The notes under the pieces are model-generated. The model did not search any database. It was not told the origin of the DNA and saw only the letters and a program-made list of their open reading frames with translations. This document shows positions 1-13,102 of a DNA stretch of 64,000 bases, piece after piece; position 1 is the first letter of the stretch; every line of letters begins with the position of its first letter. The position numbers and the translations under genes were made by a program. The DNA lies in the NCBI GenBank assembly GCA_021432655.1, contig MU271273.1, positions 1 to 64,000 of the forward strand, in the 5' to 3' direction. This DNA is from Atractiella rhizophila. Its lineage: Eukaryota.

Positions 1-1823
1 GCTCCAATGGGAAGAATAAAGTAGAGGCCACTTGACAACCATTCTTCATCAATCTTGTGACCCTGTGCCCAACAATGGATAACCGCAGAACAGTGGCTAT
101 TATCTTGAGATCGATGTGGTTGGGGATAATGAACACGGGAATCAGGGAGAAGCTCCAGCAGTACTAAACCTGCTCAATTACATCTTATCCTCTGGTAGTG
201 GATTTTACGTACAACAATCCTGGGCAGTAGAATTCGTAGGCATCCAATAAGGATAAGTACCTGGCCAGTGCATCCAATGTGAATGATCAAAGCTGGGAGA
301 CATCTTTTCATAAAGAAGCAGATGCTCAATGGTCTCTAAGTGACATCGGCGCGGAAGTGTTATCCTAAAGTGATTCTGATTGCTTTCTCGGACTGCTGCG
401 TCATAATTGGCTGTGCTTATCCAGATTGGAAGTTGTGACGCTGGTTTGATTGCAGAACATCAGATTTCATGTTCATGGCCAAATCTATCAACACCCTGGA
501 AGAATATATAATATTATCTTCAGGGTTGGTGACTGAGGAATAAACTCACACTCTCAAGTTTCGCCATGATCAACTTCTCGTTGCATGTAGGACAGATCTT
601 CTCATATTTCTTAAGCAGCACAGCACCATACCAACTATTCAGCTCATCAGGCATGACAAGGGATATAATCAGACAACATACTTAGCTGTCTGCTCTTCTA
701 AACTCCAGTCAAGAATTGTACGACCAAAATAATCTTCACGGAGTTGAAAGAGAGAATGTGTATCGTTGAGATTCGGAAAGTAAGAGGTGTACTCCTTAAG
801 AAGTGCCCAATCAAAAAGAGAGCAGGGTTTTCCGAAGCCATGTGAGCTACACAGAAGGGGATATCGGCGCCATAATGGAGCCGTATTGCGTAGAGAAGTT
901 GTAGAAACACCTTGATCGTCAAGGTAGGGATAAGATATTAAATCGGACTCTTTGAGAGAACCAGATGAGCCCTTGTGTACACCCTGAAGCTATTTCGAGC
1001 CTTCAGTGTGCAGTAGCATGGTCAAAGAAACTAAACATACCTCAGATGCAGGCTCAGCTACTTTACCATTAATATCATTCAATCCTCTCAAGTCGATCCG
1101 GAAACCAACTGATCCATCCTCTGTACTTGGCAAGTACGGCCAGGCCACTTTGGTTTTAACTACCAAATTGACATTTCGCATTGTCCCCTGCCTAACAAAC
1201 TTATTTCCTAGATACCGGGTGTCCCCTGTTGCTCGAAAAGAGCTCCAGTCTGCTCCTTTTCCCACAAGATACCCATCGAAGCCTGAGTAGACAGAATAGT
1301 TGGTTTGAAGGGCGGCGAGAGGATCTTGAGATGAAATGTGAGGAGGCAGGTGGTCAGGAATCTTGCGTGTAGCCAGTGATTGAGCCTGACCAACAAGATC
1401 TAGTCCATTGAAGATAAAGGAAATGGGTTGATTTTTGGAGCTAGACAGAGCAGAGGAGGTCAAGGAGGTCCGAGGACGTTGAATGCTTCAAGGGTTGGAT
1501 TGTCGGAGAGGAGAGATGTGCTCCAGCCCACGCTTTCCTGTAATAGGAAGAGGAGGAGTTTGAGGGCGGGTTAAGGTTGCTGAGGATGGTGATCTATTAA
1601 AAAGCCCATTACTTATAAAACAGCATGTCATACCTGACATCGACGCATCAAAAAGACCTTCCACTACACTGTCAGCCTCTATTGAGTCTCTGAGACCTTT
1701 TATCAACCCGTCAGTATCATTAAACCAACAATAGGGCCACATTACCCTCTCTGAATTGTCTAAACCATTCCGCATCAAAGCCTTCCATGTCGCAGCTTCG
1801 TTCCTCCTTGCTCCTGGAATCAA
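1..1823 (-). pseudogene. Degenerate multi-exon gene for an uncharacterised Cys-containing fungal protein, possibly TE-associated; runs off the left edge
   Basis: Consecutive minus-strand ORF pieces (1488-1823, 990-1463, further pieces to base 1) with Cys clusters such as LLCSSHGFGKPCSLFDWALL; broken frames; no family recognised with certainty. Confidence 0.3.
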
Positions 1824-2764
1824 GGAGAGCAGATACCGTGGTTGGGCACTATTGCCTTCTGAACTTTGGTATTGAATAGAGAATAGATTATGTTAAGTTT
1901 GTCTTTGATTTGCGCCTGAGCTTATTCAGAGCGCAGAAAGACATGGTCCCTCTTTCAAAGCCGGAGCAGCTTTGAGTGAAGTGCATTTTGAAATAAAAGT
2001 ATGATATTTTCATTAAACTACCAATCTACGTCCGCACACTCCCACTCCTTTGCACTCTGCCCTCAAGTACTGTCATAATCTTATCCAACTTCATCTCCAA
2101 AACATTCAATCGGTCCTTTATCGTTGGACCATCATCCCTCTTCCTCTTTTTCTCCACTAATGGCGACAAGATACCGGATGAGGAGGAGGAGCCGGAGGGT
2201 AATGGTGAGGCAGAAGTTAAGGGCTTGGGGTAAGGTATGTAGCGATGTGACAAAGGCATCAGTTCCTTCTTAATCTTCAGTCCAAAGTCCGGCATTGGAG
2301 CATCTGCGAGGGTATGAGCTTCATGGATGATTGGTGGAGTAGAAGGAATAAGTGTACCTTCTGTTGGCCAAGAGAGAGAGGTATGCGATAATGGATGCGA
2401 GCTGGGGTGGCGCTGGCGCTTGCCTGCAGGTATTTGAACAACACAGTCCCAAATAAGAGATGGACTTACTCCACAGGTCTTGCAAATGATGGCTAAGGCG
2501 ATGAGGTCGGAGACGAGCTGTGATGCGTTTGAACTTGTGGACATATTGTCCATGGCTGTCATTAAAGCCGTGACAACGCACAAACTGGGTATTGTTGTAA
2601 ATGGGGCTTCGTCGACTTGCTTTCCCCTGTGGCAACCTCTTACCCCAATAACGTGCATATAAAGTATCACTCACTGGTCCAAACAGCTTTACCACTGGCT
2701 CTCCATCACAACCGCTGTACCCGCATTCCTCCTCCACACGAAGATCGTTAACAGCCCACAATGA

Positions 2765-5084
2765 AATCCAAAGTTTGCATTGTGCTGTCTCCACAGCAAG
2801 GTGCTGCTACCTGTTCCTCCGCCTCCACCTGAAGAGCTACGAAAGCTTTTTACACATGACAATACAACAGGTAAGTATTTCTATTCAATTTTTTTGCATA
2901 TACATATCTGAGAGGAACAATCATTATAGAGTCAATGGCATTTCGAGAGCATATCAGGATATTCAATAATGCTTTTGCATTTACATCCTTAGGCGTCTGC
3001 CAGGTATCAATTCCTGGACATGGTCCCTACTCCTTCAAAATTCAGGGAGAGCTGTGCCACCTTATTGGCACTCTTTTACCACAACAAGAAGGATGTGAAA
3101 CATTTGCACAGGTCTACATTACAGATTCAGCTGTACAGACTGAACGAAGAGTTGGCAACACTTCAATATCACTGAATCATAGGACGCTTGAACACCTTCA
3201 GGCTATGCTCTTCCGTGTCAACCCATATCCCAGGATCTACAAATTTGCAAAAGAAAGAATGGAACAGGATCCCACTACAACACTACATCTTCACACAGTC
3301 GCCCCACGAGATAGGGACCCAAGACGCTACAACATTCCTGTAGCCAGTGAAGTTGCTGTAGTGATGGTAGGAGACGGTAACAGAGAAGAATATGGAGTGG
3401 CCAGAGATATTGTCATCCAGCTCAGGGCAACCAGGACCGGTAGCAACTTACAGCGTGTGAATGAGCTTAACTCAAATTATCTTCCACTTCGTTTTCCTCT
3501 TCTGTTTCCATATGGCGACCAAGGATGGCATCCGCAGATTCCGTATTGAGACCTGCCTGCAGATCTTCCTCCTCACGAGCGAGAGCACTTCAATGATGAC
3601 GGCATGCAAGTTGGTAATTCTGGGGTTCGACAATGTGTCAGCCAAATGGAGTTCTATTGCATCAACGAAATGATATATTCTCACTCCCTCTCTACGGTGG
3701 TCGGCTACTGCAAGAATTGGTAGTCGATGCTTATGCTCAAATTGAGGCGAATCGACTCCGCTATCTGCGGTTCAATCAAGTCTATTCTTCGAGGCGAGGT
3801 GTATCAAGGTCTTACGGACGCCCTTGCAGAAGGCTATTCTTTAGAAGATATCGGGAGGCGGACTATATTACCATCAAGTTTCACTGGCAGTCCACGTTCA
3901 ATGAATCAGCTGTTCCAGGATGCAATGACTATAGTTGGTGCCAAAGGACCCCCAAATATCTTTACAACCTTCACTTGCAACCCACACTGGGCAGAGATCA
4001 CGGAAGCCCTCCTACCAGGACAAAAACCAGAGGATTGACCAGATTTGGTTTCAAGGGTTTTTCGACTGAAGGCTCTGGAGTACATCAAGGATTTAGTGGT
4101 ACGACAGATCTTTGGAAGGGTTATCAGATATGTCTGGGTCATTGAATGTCAGAAGAGAGGTCTACCACATGCCCACATCATGTGGATGGCATCAACGATC
4201 ACGTGATTCAGTGGCTCGAATCCATGGGAGATCGGGTATATTATAGCGCAGATCAAATTATACATGACGAGGGAGATCTCAGAAATCGCTTCTCTGTTGA
4301 GTACCTGAATACCCTGGAGATATCTGGATTCCCTTCACATCGTTTACACCTCAAGACGGGTGCACCCATCAATCTTCTGTGAAATCTCAATCCATCTGTG
4401 GCCTGTGCAACGGCACGCGGCTCATTGTTACTCAGCTTCTCCAACGAGTCATCGAAGCAACCATCATTACAGGTGCACACAGTGGCGAATCAGTTCTCAT
4501 TCCTCGAATTGGCATTGACAGTGCAGTATCAAACCAGCTTCCTTTTCAAATTCCGGCATTTTCAATTCCCTGTGCGCTTAGCGTTTGCCTTAACTCTGAA
4601 TAAACACGTTTGCCTTAACTCTGAATAAAAGGCAAGGACAATCTGTTGGACATGTGGGTTTGTACTTAGAGTCTTCTCCTTTCTCTCATGGGCAGCTTTA
4701 TGTTGGTCTTTCACGGGTTTCAAATGCAAACAATTTACGAGTATTGGTCAAAACAAAGCAAGGAGAAGAAAACAAGCAAACAGATAATGTAGTTTACAAT
4801 GAAGTGTTACAAGTACTCAATCACTGATCATCTCTCAGCATGTTCCTAACAGTATAGTCAAAAGCTGAAGTGGTTCTCTGAGGTACGAGGAGACCACTCA
4901 GCTTTCATTGTTTTTGAAGACAGTAGAGTACATATGGTGAGTCTGTGCTCGCCGAAGGCGAGGCTCCACGCAGTGGCTGCCAGAGGCAAGAGCTCCACAC
5001 AGTGGCCGCGGAGGCTGGGGTCCAAGGGGCGAAGCCCCTGGCAGGGGGGGGGATGCCTGAGGGACGAGGGCACTGACACACTTG
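2765..5084 (+). mobile_element. Helitron copy A: 5'-truncated, internally deleted and non-autonomous
   Basis: Helitron N-terminal motifs (CC..KVLLP..PPP; NNAFAFTSLG; RRYNIP.ASEVAV; LPSSFTGSPR; FTTFTCNPHW), Rep HUH motif QKRGLPHAHI near 4150-4180, Pif1 helicase C-terminus ([22 protein letters not shown]). Stops and frameshifts. Subterminal hairpin and CTTG|T end at 5081-5085. 5' boundary approximate. Confidence 0.92.
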
Positions 5085-5199
5085 TATTACATAAAGCATG
5101 TTGAGTGAAGCTGAGAAGTCAAGATGTGAGTGTATGTATAACGAACTTTTCAACCTGCTCAGCCTGAAGTTTCTTTCACAATGGCAGCCACATCTGTTT

Positions 5200-5545
5200 G
5201 CCTCTCGATCTCTCTCCAATTGTAGCTGAGCCTTGAGAATCATGAGAGGACTGAGTAGTGTCAGGTTTGAGGTGCACGTGGTAGATCCATATTGTATCTG
5301 GTGCTCCACTGAAGATGCTCCACAGCTACCGAACAGCCTAAAAATGAATAATCAGCCTTGGAATTGAATAAGAGTATGAATGAACGAAACCCAAACCAGG
5401 AATGGACAGAATATCCCTTGCCATTCGAGACCACTCCTTCAAATCCATTTCGGACCTCATGTGATAGATGTCTAGAGGATCCTCCGTGGAGACTAAACCA
5501 GATATTTGGTTGCAGTTCCTCATCTTCATGAAACCACTTCATGCG
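5200..5545 (-). pseudogene. hAT transposase C-terminal dimerisation-domain remnant
   Basis: TEDPL...WSRMARDILSIPG [probable intron] SVAVE matches the hAT dimerisation motif; degenerate. Confidence 0.65.
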
Positions 5546-5599
5546 CTGATTAGCTTTCTGGATAAGTTTTGCTGGATACGAGAGTGTTGCTACAGTTTT

Positions 5600-6200
5600 T
5601 ATACTGCCAAGCTGTGATGGTGCGGAAGAACAATAGTTGGAGAAAGTTGGTTTGCTTTTTTTGAAGATAATTGACCTTGAAATGTGAGATCAAAGCTTAT
5701 TTGCCGGCTGCAATCAGGTCCCTGTGCTTGTTGAAAATTGGATTCACAAGGAAGTGATGATTGGGACAAGGCGTTCAGAATGGTTTTCGGCATGGTTGCG
5801 ATCAACTCTTTGATTTCCTCAGAAGTCCATAATACACCCCATCGAAGATCCTGCATAAGTTGCACAGCTATAGAAATGTGGAGCCACTTTACCAGACGTG
5901 TGATGTACGAAAACGGGAACACTCCTTCATGTCTGCCGTACATCGTGCGGTTCGAAGACGTGTTTAGTATGCTCCTCGCACACCAAAAAAGACGGACCCG
6001 GCACACCGCATTGTGCATCCCTTTTGGAACCTGCCTGTACACAAGTCGGCCCCTGTTCGCCAATTTGCCATCACCCATTCACGCCTCTCATCTCTCATAG
6101 TCGCTTGGCTACGAAAATTCATTGCAGTGTGGGCATTCCTTAACCTTATCTCATGCTCTCGATGTCTCAAAAAGTGAATTTAAAAGAATACACCTTCGTT
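5600..6200 (-). pseudogene. Cys-rich TE-like protein fragment (possibly a CxC domain of the KDZ/Zisupton type)
   Basis: CPHC motif near 6125-6140 followed by ORF 5599-6078 containing YG..EGVFPFS; resemblance judged from memory only. Confidence 0.2.
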
Positions 6201-6789
6201 TATAGGTATCCTCATATGTTGCATCTGCATGGAACAATTTTCGCTTACTATTTAGTCGAGGCTTCGCGTTGGCATCCATTGATCATGCTTCCCGGGAGTT
6301 AAGTCTCGCAAGCGATATTTGACCTTTTCTTTTTCCGTGCCAATTTTGAATGCAATGCCGCTTGCTCCAGTCCCACTTCTTCCTTGCGCGGCTCCGTTGG
6401 AGCGTCATTCAGCGTGGGAACGCAACGGTCAGGGCTCTATTCTTTCAGAAAGAAAGTTTGTGCATCACGTTGAAGCAAACAGTTGAATGCATTGATCCGC
6501 TCGCAACATCGAGATTCAGCCAAAAGAAGTTGAGCAGCCCTAAGATTGCATGTAGAAGCTATAAAGAAGCTCCCTTCTCCACCCTCCAATCTTGAAAAGT
6601 GAAGAAAATTAGTTCAAAGCAGATTGGATGTCGTCTTCCACTCCTCCTCCAAATCCGAGTCCATCCGTGGAAGAACAGCTCAAGCTCGCTCTGCAACGTG
6701 AAGCTTTCGAGGAAGTCCTTTCTGCAGGTCGTACCAACCTCACCATTTCGTACTCTCTCCTGCTTCCACATCTGGGGGTGGTGCTGATA

Positions 6790-8125
6790 TAGAGATTAGC
6801 TTTGTTTGCAGTTTACTGCTGGGATTTCATTCTCACGTTCCCTGACGAGTACAAGACTATGTGGAAAGGGGAACGTTGGACTCCAGTCCGAGTCGCCTTC
6901 TTCTTCAACCGGTAAGCCTCTCAGCTCCGTTGGAGGGAGGCTGAACATAATGAAGGTATTACGGGCTCTTGGACAATATCATGTTCATGTGTCTCTTCTG
7001 GTTCAAAATCAAGCCAGAGACATGCAAAAGGATCCACCTTCTCGAACCTATTGTCAGCGCCAGCGTCGGTTGGACATATCTTCCTCCGCATATGAGCCTC
7101 AAGGAAACTGACGGCATCAATTGCAGTGATTTGTGCATTCCTGTTCGCAGCAAGGGTATTCCGGTGTGGAACTGTCGAAGATGGATTGCTTGGTTCTTTG
7201 GAATATTTGCGATCAGTGCCTTTGTGCTTCAGGTCTGGTCCGTCATTCCAAACAGAGCATTGGCTTTGTACGCTTTCATGGTTCACATAGAGAGACGTTG
7301 ACATGTTGAATAGACCTGTCGGCTTGAGAGGTTGTATCTCCACCAAAGGAGAAAAGAAGTGATTCATCTCTTTCCCAATCTGATATCAACAAAGCTGATA
7401 CTTTTCGAAGCTACATATGGGTTTATTGGTGTGTGGTCCACCAAAGCTCCCAATAGATGGCTGAATCATGGGAATCCAAGGATCCCGCCTCTCCTCTATG
7501 ATACGACGGCAACGATATTCGTGACCCTGTCCGTCACTTGATCTTCCTTCCAACTGATCGTTAAACCGTAGAAAGTCCTCTCATTTCTCACAAGCGCAAG
7601 TCACAGCGTACGCGCCTGATCACCATCTTTGCCCGTGACGGAGTGCTTTATTTTTTCGTGATATTCATCTGCAACCTAGTCAATGTGATATACTTCAGGT
7701 CGGTCCATCATTGTGATCATCTCTGCCGCACATTGCTCCCTGTCTTCTTAACTGATAATTCTCAATGGAACAGTGTCCCTACCGTCATCAACCCAGTTCT
7801 CAACGCACCGCTGTCCCTGATATTCACGACCATGACGGCATCTCGCATCGTTCTCCATCTTCGGAAAGTCGCTGCTGTCATAAACTCGCATGAAGAAGGC
7901 CATTCAAGCGGAAGTGGAGCCGGACGACGAAATAATGCGATTTCAAGATTTGGGAGCCATAATCAACCTGCTACAGGCTGGGGCCGGGAAACACGCCTGC
8001 AGAACCTAGGAAGAAGAATAGAAGGAGGTTTATCCATCAACTATGGATGTGTGGTCGTCAACATTGAAACAAAGACAGAGGTAGAAAAAGAGTTCGTTGT
8101 TCGCTCGTCCTCAATTAATTCTTAA
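6790..8125 (+). CDS. Multi-exon DUF6533-type integral membrane protein; 5' end missing or uncertain
   Basis: YCWDFILTFPDEYKTMWKGERWTPVRVAFFFNR followed by a GTAAG donor; later RDGVLYFFVIF.CNLVN and MTASRIVLHLR motifs typical of this basidiomycete family. Confidence 0.75.
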
Positions 8126-9059
8126 TGTGGAGATAGGATCTCATCAGAAGCGAAAACTCATGATGAGTACCATTCATCGGAGTACAGAGTTCATGTTGCA
8201 GCACAGAACCGGTAAAAGCCACCGTTTTATTTAGACCTTGTCGCACCATTGTGGTTTCAGCTTTATGCATTTGTGATCTCTCCTCACAGGTTAGAAAGAC
8301 TGCAATGACATTCGTGAGTGATCAAGCAAGCAGGAATACTTTTTAGGGGGATAGCTTAAAGCATATTTTCGCTCTTTCAGAGATTGATGGAGGCATTCCA
8401 AGTTCTGTGGCAGTAGAGGCGAATTCATCTGGTGGAGGCGAATCCTGTCCCTTTCTGTGAATGGGTTCGACCTCCACTTTGAAGAGGAGTGAAAGGATAT
8501 CTTTGTCATTCTCCTTCTCTTCTAGGTAGCACAGGCAATCTTTGTGCCTGACCATGACAGTTCAGTCCTTATAATCTTGAGGGGGTATCCTATATGTTGG
8601 AGGCGTACCGAGGCATACCTTGAAGAGAGAGACCATCTTGTCAAATTCTTTGACACTCGAGCATGCCCTAACATATCTGATGGCTTCTCTTTTCATGAAC
8701 CCAGTCTTTTGTTTGTGCTTGTGGTATGAGTGAAAGGGATGGTAGAGGTACTGATTCATCTTCTTTTGAAAGATCTCGGTGGCCAGTCGTCCATAAGAGG
8801 ACAGTCCGATTCCTTATAGATGGTGAGATCAAGGAAGTCATACTCTGTGGACATATTGTGTGTGAGACATATTGTGGGGTTCAAAGAGTTGTACTTGTTG
8901 ACGAAGGAAGACATGGAGGTCCTCAAGATGGAATATGAAAGTGAAAGAGTTAATTCTCAAGTCAATCTTGGTTTGGCGAATGTGGCACGGGGAGAAAGAG
9001 ATAAAAGGGATAGAAGAATCGATTTCAGAAATGGCCACCTTCGCTCCAACACTCCAACA

Positions 9060-9603
9060 ACACTCCATCATGCTAGCCCAAAAGTCAAACCTAACAATCC
9101 TAAACCTTTCGATGGAACTAGTGCTAACAAGGACCATTTCCTTAGTCAATTATATCTCTACTTCGAGGCTCTTCCATCGGAATTTCCAACGGATCCAAGA
9201 TACTCTTTGCGTTGCCTTCATGACCGAGGGGCAGCAGCAGAATGGGCCAAAGTCAAAGTTGATGCTATTCAATTTCCTAATACCAAGGCTTCAAACGTTT
9301 CATAACCAAATTCAAATACTCTTTGGGGATCCAAATCAAGCAGCCACAGCAAGGCACAAACTATTGATACTCAAGCAGGGGAAGAAACCTCTTGAAGATT
9401 ACATTCTCGAATTTGAACAATTGATACCGATCGCAGGTCACAATGAAACAACGCTTGTGACCATATTTGGAGAAGGATTTCACCCACACATCGCTGATAC
9501 CATCGCCATTTCAGAGCATAAACCCAATACTCTTGAAGGATGGAAGACCAGAGCTCGGAATCTTGTCGTAATTGTCGCCAACGACAGGAAACCAAATGTG
9601 TAG
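9060..9603 (+). pseudogene. Ty3/Gypsy gag remnant
   Basis: PKPFDGT...FLSQLYLYF...FMTEG.AAEWA...FGDPNQ..TAR.KL..LKQG....EDYILEFE, split by frameshifts (ORFs 8820-9305 and 8935-9603). Confidence 0.8.
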
Positions 9604-11259
9604 GTTCAGCCTCTATCCAACCTCCTCGTCAACCCTCCAATCGACAACCTCATGTAATGTGAACTGTCGACTCAACTGTATTGGTGCCCCTGGGGGGGCA
9701 CTTTTAAGTCGATTTTTCCACATCCTTTCCTTCTTGTTTCCTTCGCCATCGACGTTGGGGGATGTTCATGCGCTCCATATTTGTTTTCTTCACCTTGCTG
9801 GATCCGACAGGTCTTACAGAGTGTTTGGGGATGGCAAGGTGCTTTTAAACCTCATTTCGTCCTCATTTTGAACTTTGGCCACGCCGTGAGATACTTTTGA
9901 CAGCTCTCAGAATCCGATGGAACTCATCAAGTCTCGGCGAGAGAGGAAGGAAAGAGAAAGACAGGGTTGCTCTAGGTTGAATGTTGCAGCCACTGCCCAA
10001 GGTTCGTGCCTTTCGCCAATCCAATCTCGGTTCGGGTTAGGGTCATTGTAGTTGGAAGAGGAAGTCGCGTGTTGTCCTTGCCCATGTTCTCCCCGTGAGC
10101 ATTATTGCTATTGCATGGCACGCTCGCCGTCGGCACCTTTGCTCCTTCATCTTCCATTGTTCACGCTGGCTTCATGCGGAATGACATCCTTGAGCCTGCA
10201 TAATAGAAGGTGCCAACCAGATCCGCCCTTACACAGGAAGTTTGCAGTTTAAGAAGCAGCGCTAAGCTCGCCCTCAGCAGCGGACTCTGCGGGGCCGGCC
10301 TTGCTTCAAGGCCATGGATCGATGATGCTGGGACTAATGTGGACTGGTTCGACAGGGTTACAACGAGTTAGCCCGATAGCGTTAGACTTCTCGGTCGATG
10401 GCGCTTGCGAACTCTCAATTCGAATGGCACTTCAAAGAAAGGCCATGAACCTGCTCTGACCTAGCCTCCTGCACCTAATCCTTATAATCGTTACCGCTAC
10501 GCAGAAACAGTACAACGAACTTAGGTGATAGTGTCCTATAAATTTGCTGAATGCCCCTCAATTTCGATCCTATGTTTCAAAATCCAGTGTAGTACCCATG
10601 CAATACCGTGATCCCGTTCCACATTCGAATCTATGACCTGTGAACGTCCTGAACGTTCCCTGAAACTTGCAGCAGCTTACCGCACGGTAGTCCAGCCGGT
10701 GTCGAAATGTCCTACCAGGGTCCTACTCTGAGGAATAGAGGCTGTGCAGTCGCCTGAAAAATCGCTTTCCCCCTAGAAAATACAGTAGGGCTTTGGTATA
10801 GAATTGCCGTCGTCGCTGCTTTATATGACCTTGTGGATGCGCATTGGACTGTTCACACATTACTGAATAAGGCAGAGCCTCCACGGACTGTCTTAGAGAC
10901 TTTTGCTCGTAAGTCGAATCCGCAAGCTACCGAATCTAGCTGGATTGCAAATTGGGTCGATTCAATCTCTGAAAATTGTTGAATGATGCAATGATTCATT
11001 GGACCATTTTACTCATATCTTCCGGTCAACAATAAACTGACGCAGGACAAATTTTTGGTATCAAGAATCCCAACACCACGCCTGGTGAATATACGAACCC
11101 GATATACTGATGGATAAAACAACAATCCAACCTCACATATACAAACCACGAATGCTAACCAAAAATTACCGTACAGTGATATCAACAGTATTGTGATCAA
11201 GATCTTTTTCGTGGATCGAGTACTCCCGTTCGTCTTTGCGATGAGGACCCAGTTTTGAG

Positions 11260-13102
11260 TCGATGGTATGCATCTTGGGGAGCTAGATTACGATTTCAAT
11301 CCTCAGACCAGTCTGGGAATTGAACGTGATGACCTACCTCGATATCATGCATGTCAGTGTATTGTAGTGTCCCGTTATGAACTTGGATACCAAGCTCCAG
11401 GTCGGATCCCTAAGATGAACACACGAATAATCAGGTCAAGTGTCCAGGGAAGAGGGGTGAAGGCGAACCCGTGCTTGATGCCTTGTCTTGTGTGTCCCAA
11501 TCGTGTTGGTGGCCAACCTGTCCGTTCTGCTTTCTGAAATGGTTTCTGAGGCGCTTGTGCCGTGTGCGCGGACGATCGACTTCCGAGAATTGAGGACAAA
11601 CTATAATGATGTGATTAGGGTGCGCAGGTCAATGCTCGATAAGGTGGGATGTACCATCATAGAACATGCGTAGACCCTTCATCCCATGTTTAGATTAATC
11701 TTGGAGTAAAGATGTTGACTCTACCTGACAAGAACCATGTTGAAGATCACTGAGGTCAAATCAACAGTTCCATCGTAGCTGAGGGAGAATTTAGCCATGG
11801 ACATTTGTCAATAATGCACAGCGAACTCACACTTGTGAAAATGCTGCAAGTTCATGAGACATCTTTGTTCCTCTTGATGAAGGGAGAAGACGTACCGAGA
11901 TTCAGGGCAGCAATGATTACGGCCTTCAAGTCATCGAATTACTTCTATCTCTTGCAATCGAATAGCGGACTTACTGGAACAGCACATTGGATGGAGAGTT
12001 TGATCAGTGCGAATATGAGGTTGCGAGTTCTGGAACCGTGTAGGCTTAGCGATCGTTTGGAGAGATCAATAAGTGATCCTACTGAGGCAAAATAGCCTTT
12101 TTTGTTTGTGTGAGGAGAAAGTAAGCCGTGCACGCGGCGATGAGGATGTCGCCTGCTAATACACCGCTAGATTCAAGCGTTTGAGCCTACCTGTTTGATT
12201 TGTGAAAGGGACGGTATCGCACCTGTAGTGACCAGCGAACCAGCGTGCAATGACATTGAACTTGGCTTCCGTGATGAGGATTGTCTGCGGCCCTCACCCT
12301 TTAGACACTGCACGGCCTAAAGGTTTCACTCACCGCAATGATGATGGAAATATACGAGAAAATGAGGACCGCGACGATGATCACGATAACCCACCACTTC
12401 CTACAGATTATGTATAATCGATATAAGAAGTAAGCTTGACTGTTTTACAATTCGCATGTTGTCAGTCCTCCTCCTTGTTTGTTCGTAGCCAAGGCGTACA
12501 CATAGAGACCGCAAGAGGCGTCCTTGCCGTGTATTGGCTGTGAGTAAAAAGAACGAGGGATGGGAGACATACTATTAAAGTGAAGGCACTCTGCCACCAC
12601 TCTGTGTACGATAGGAAAATGGCGCCTTGCAGGTCCTGCAAGCAGTTTTGGGACAATCGTTCTATCGTTGAAAGGACTCACCGTAAAAAAAGCCACAAAT
12701 TGGATCCAGCAGGTTACACTGACGAAAGGGTCAAGCGGAGGAAGCTGGGAAGCTTTGAAAATGCTCACAAAGAATGAATGCTCTTCAGGAGCTGAGTGAT
12801 AAATAGTCCTGCGACAACGAGTTTCAGCCAACGACGATCGTCCTTGTAGTGCTGATAATCTTAGCAGGTTCCATGAACTGTGTACTAACCAGTGTGAAGA
12901 AGAATCGGCTTACAAGTGTGAAATTGTGCAAGAAGGATGCCATAAAGAATGAACTCGAGTGAAAGACCTATAAACCAAGGGCCTTCCAAGGAGGAGCATC
13001 AAGTCATGTTCACCTGAGCTCCCAAGCGGAGAGAAACTCACCAAGCAGTCGCCTCGACTGCTCGTACTCCTCATGCGTCATAAGAGGTGAATGGAAAGGC
13101 AT
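11260..13102 (-). CDS. Multi-exon DUF6534-type integral membrane protein
   Basis: ATG at 13102; spliced LLG|PWFIGLSLEFILYGILLAQ; later RKWWVIVIIVAVLIF, LAGDILIAACTAYFLL, TRNLIFALIKLSIQCAVP and FVLNSRKS; GT-AG introns; 3' end approximate. Confidence 0.75.

Noticed and set aside
4858..5079. Small repeated protein family (MSVPSSLRHPPP..., also 24997-25290 and 61662-61859)
   Set aside because: These are antisense translations of the GC-rich Helitron terminal hairpins
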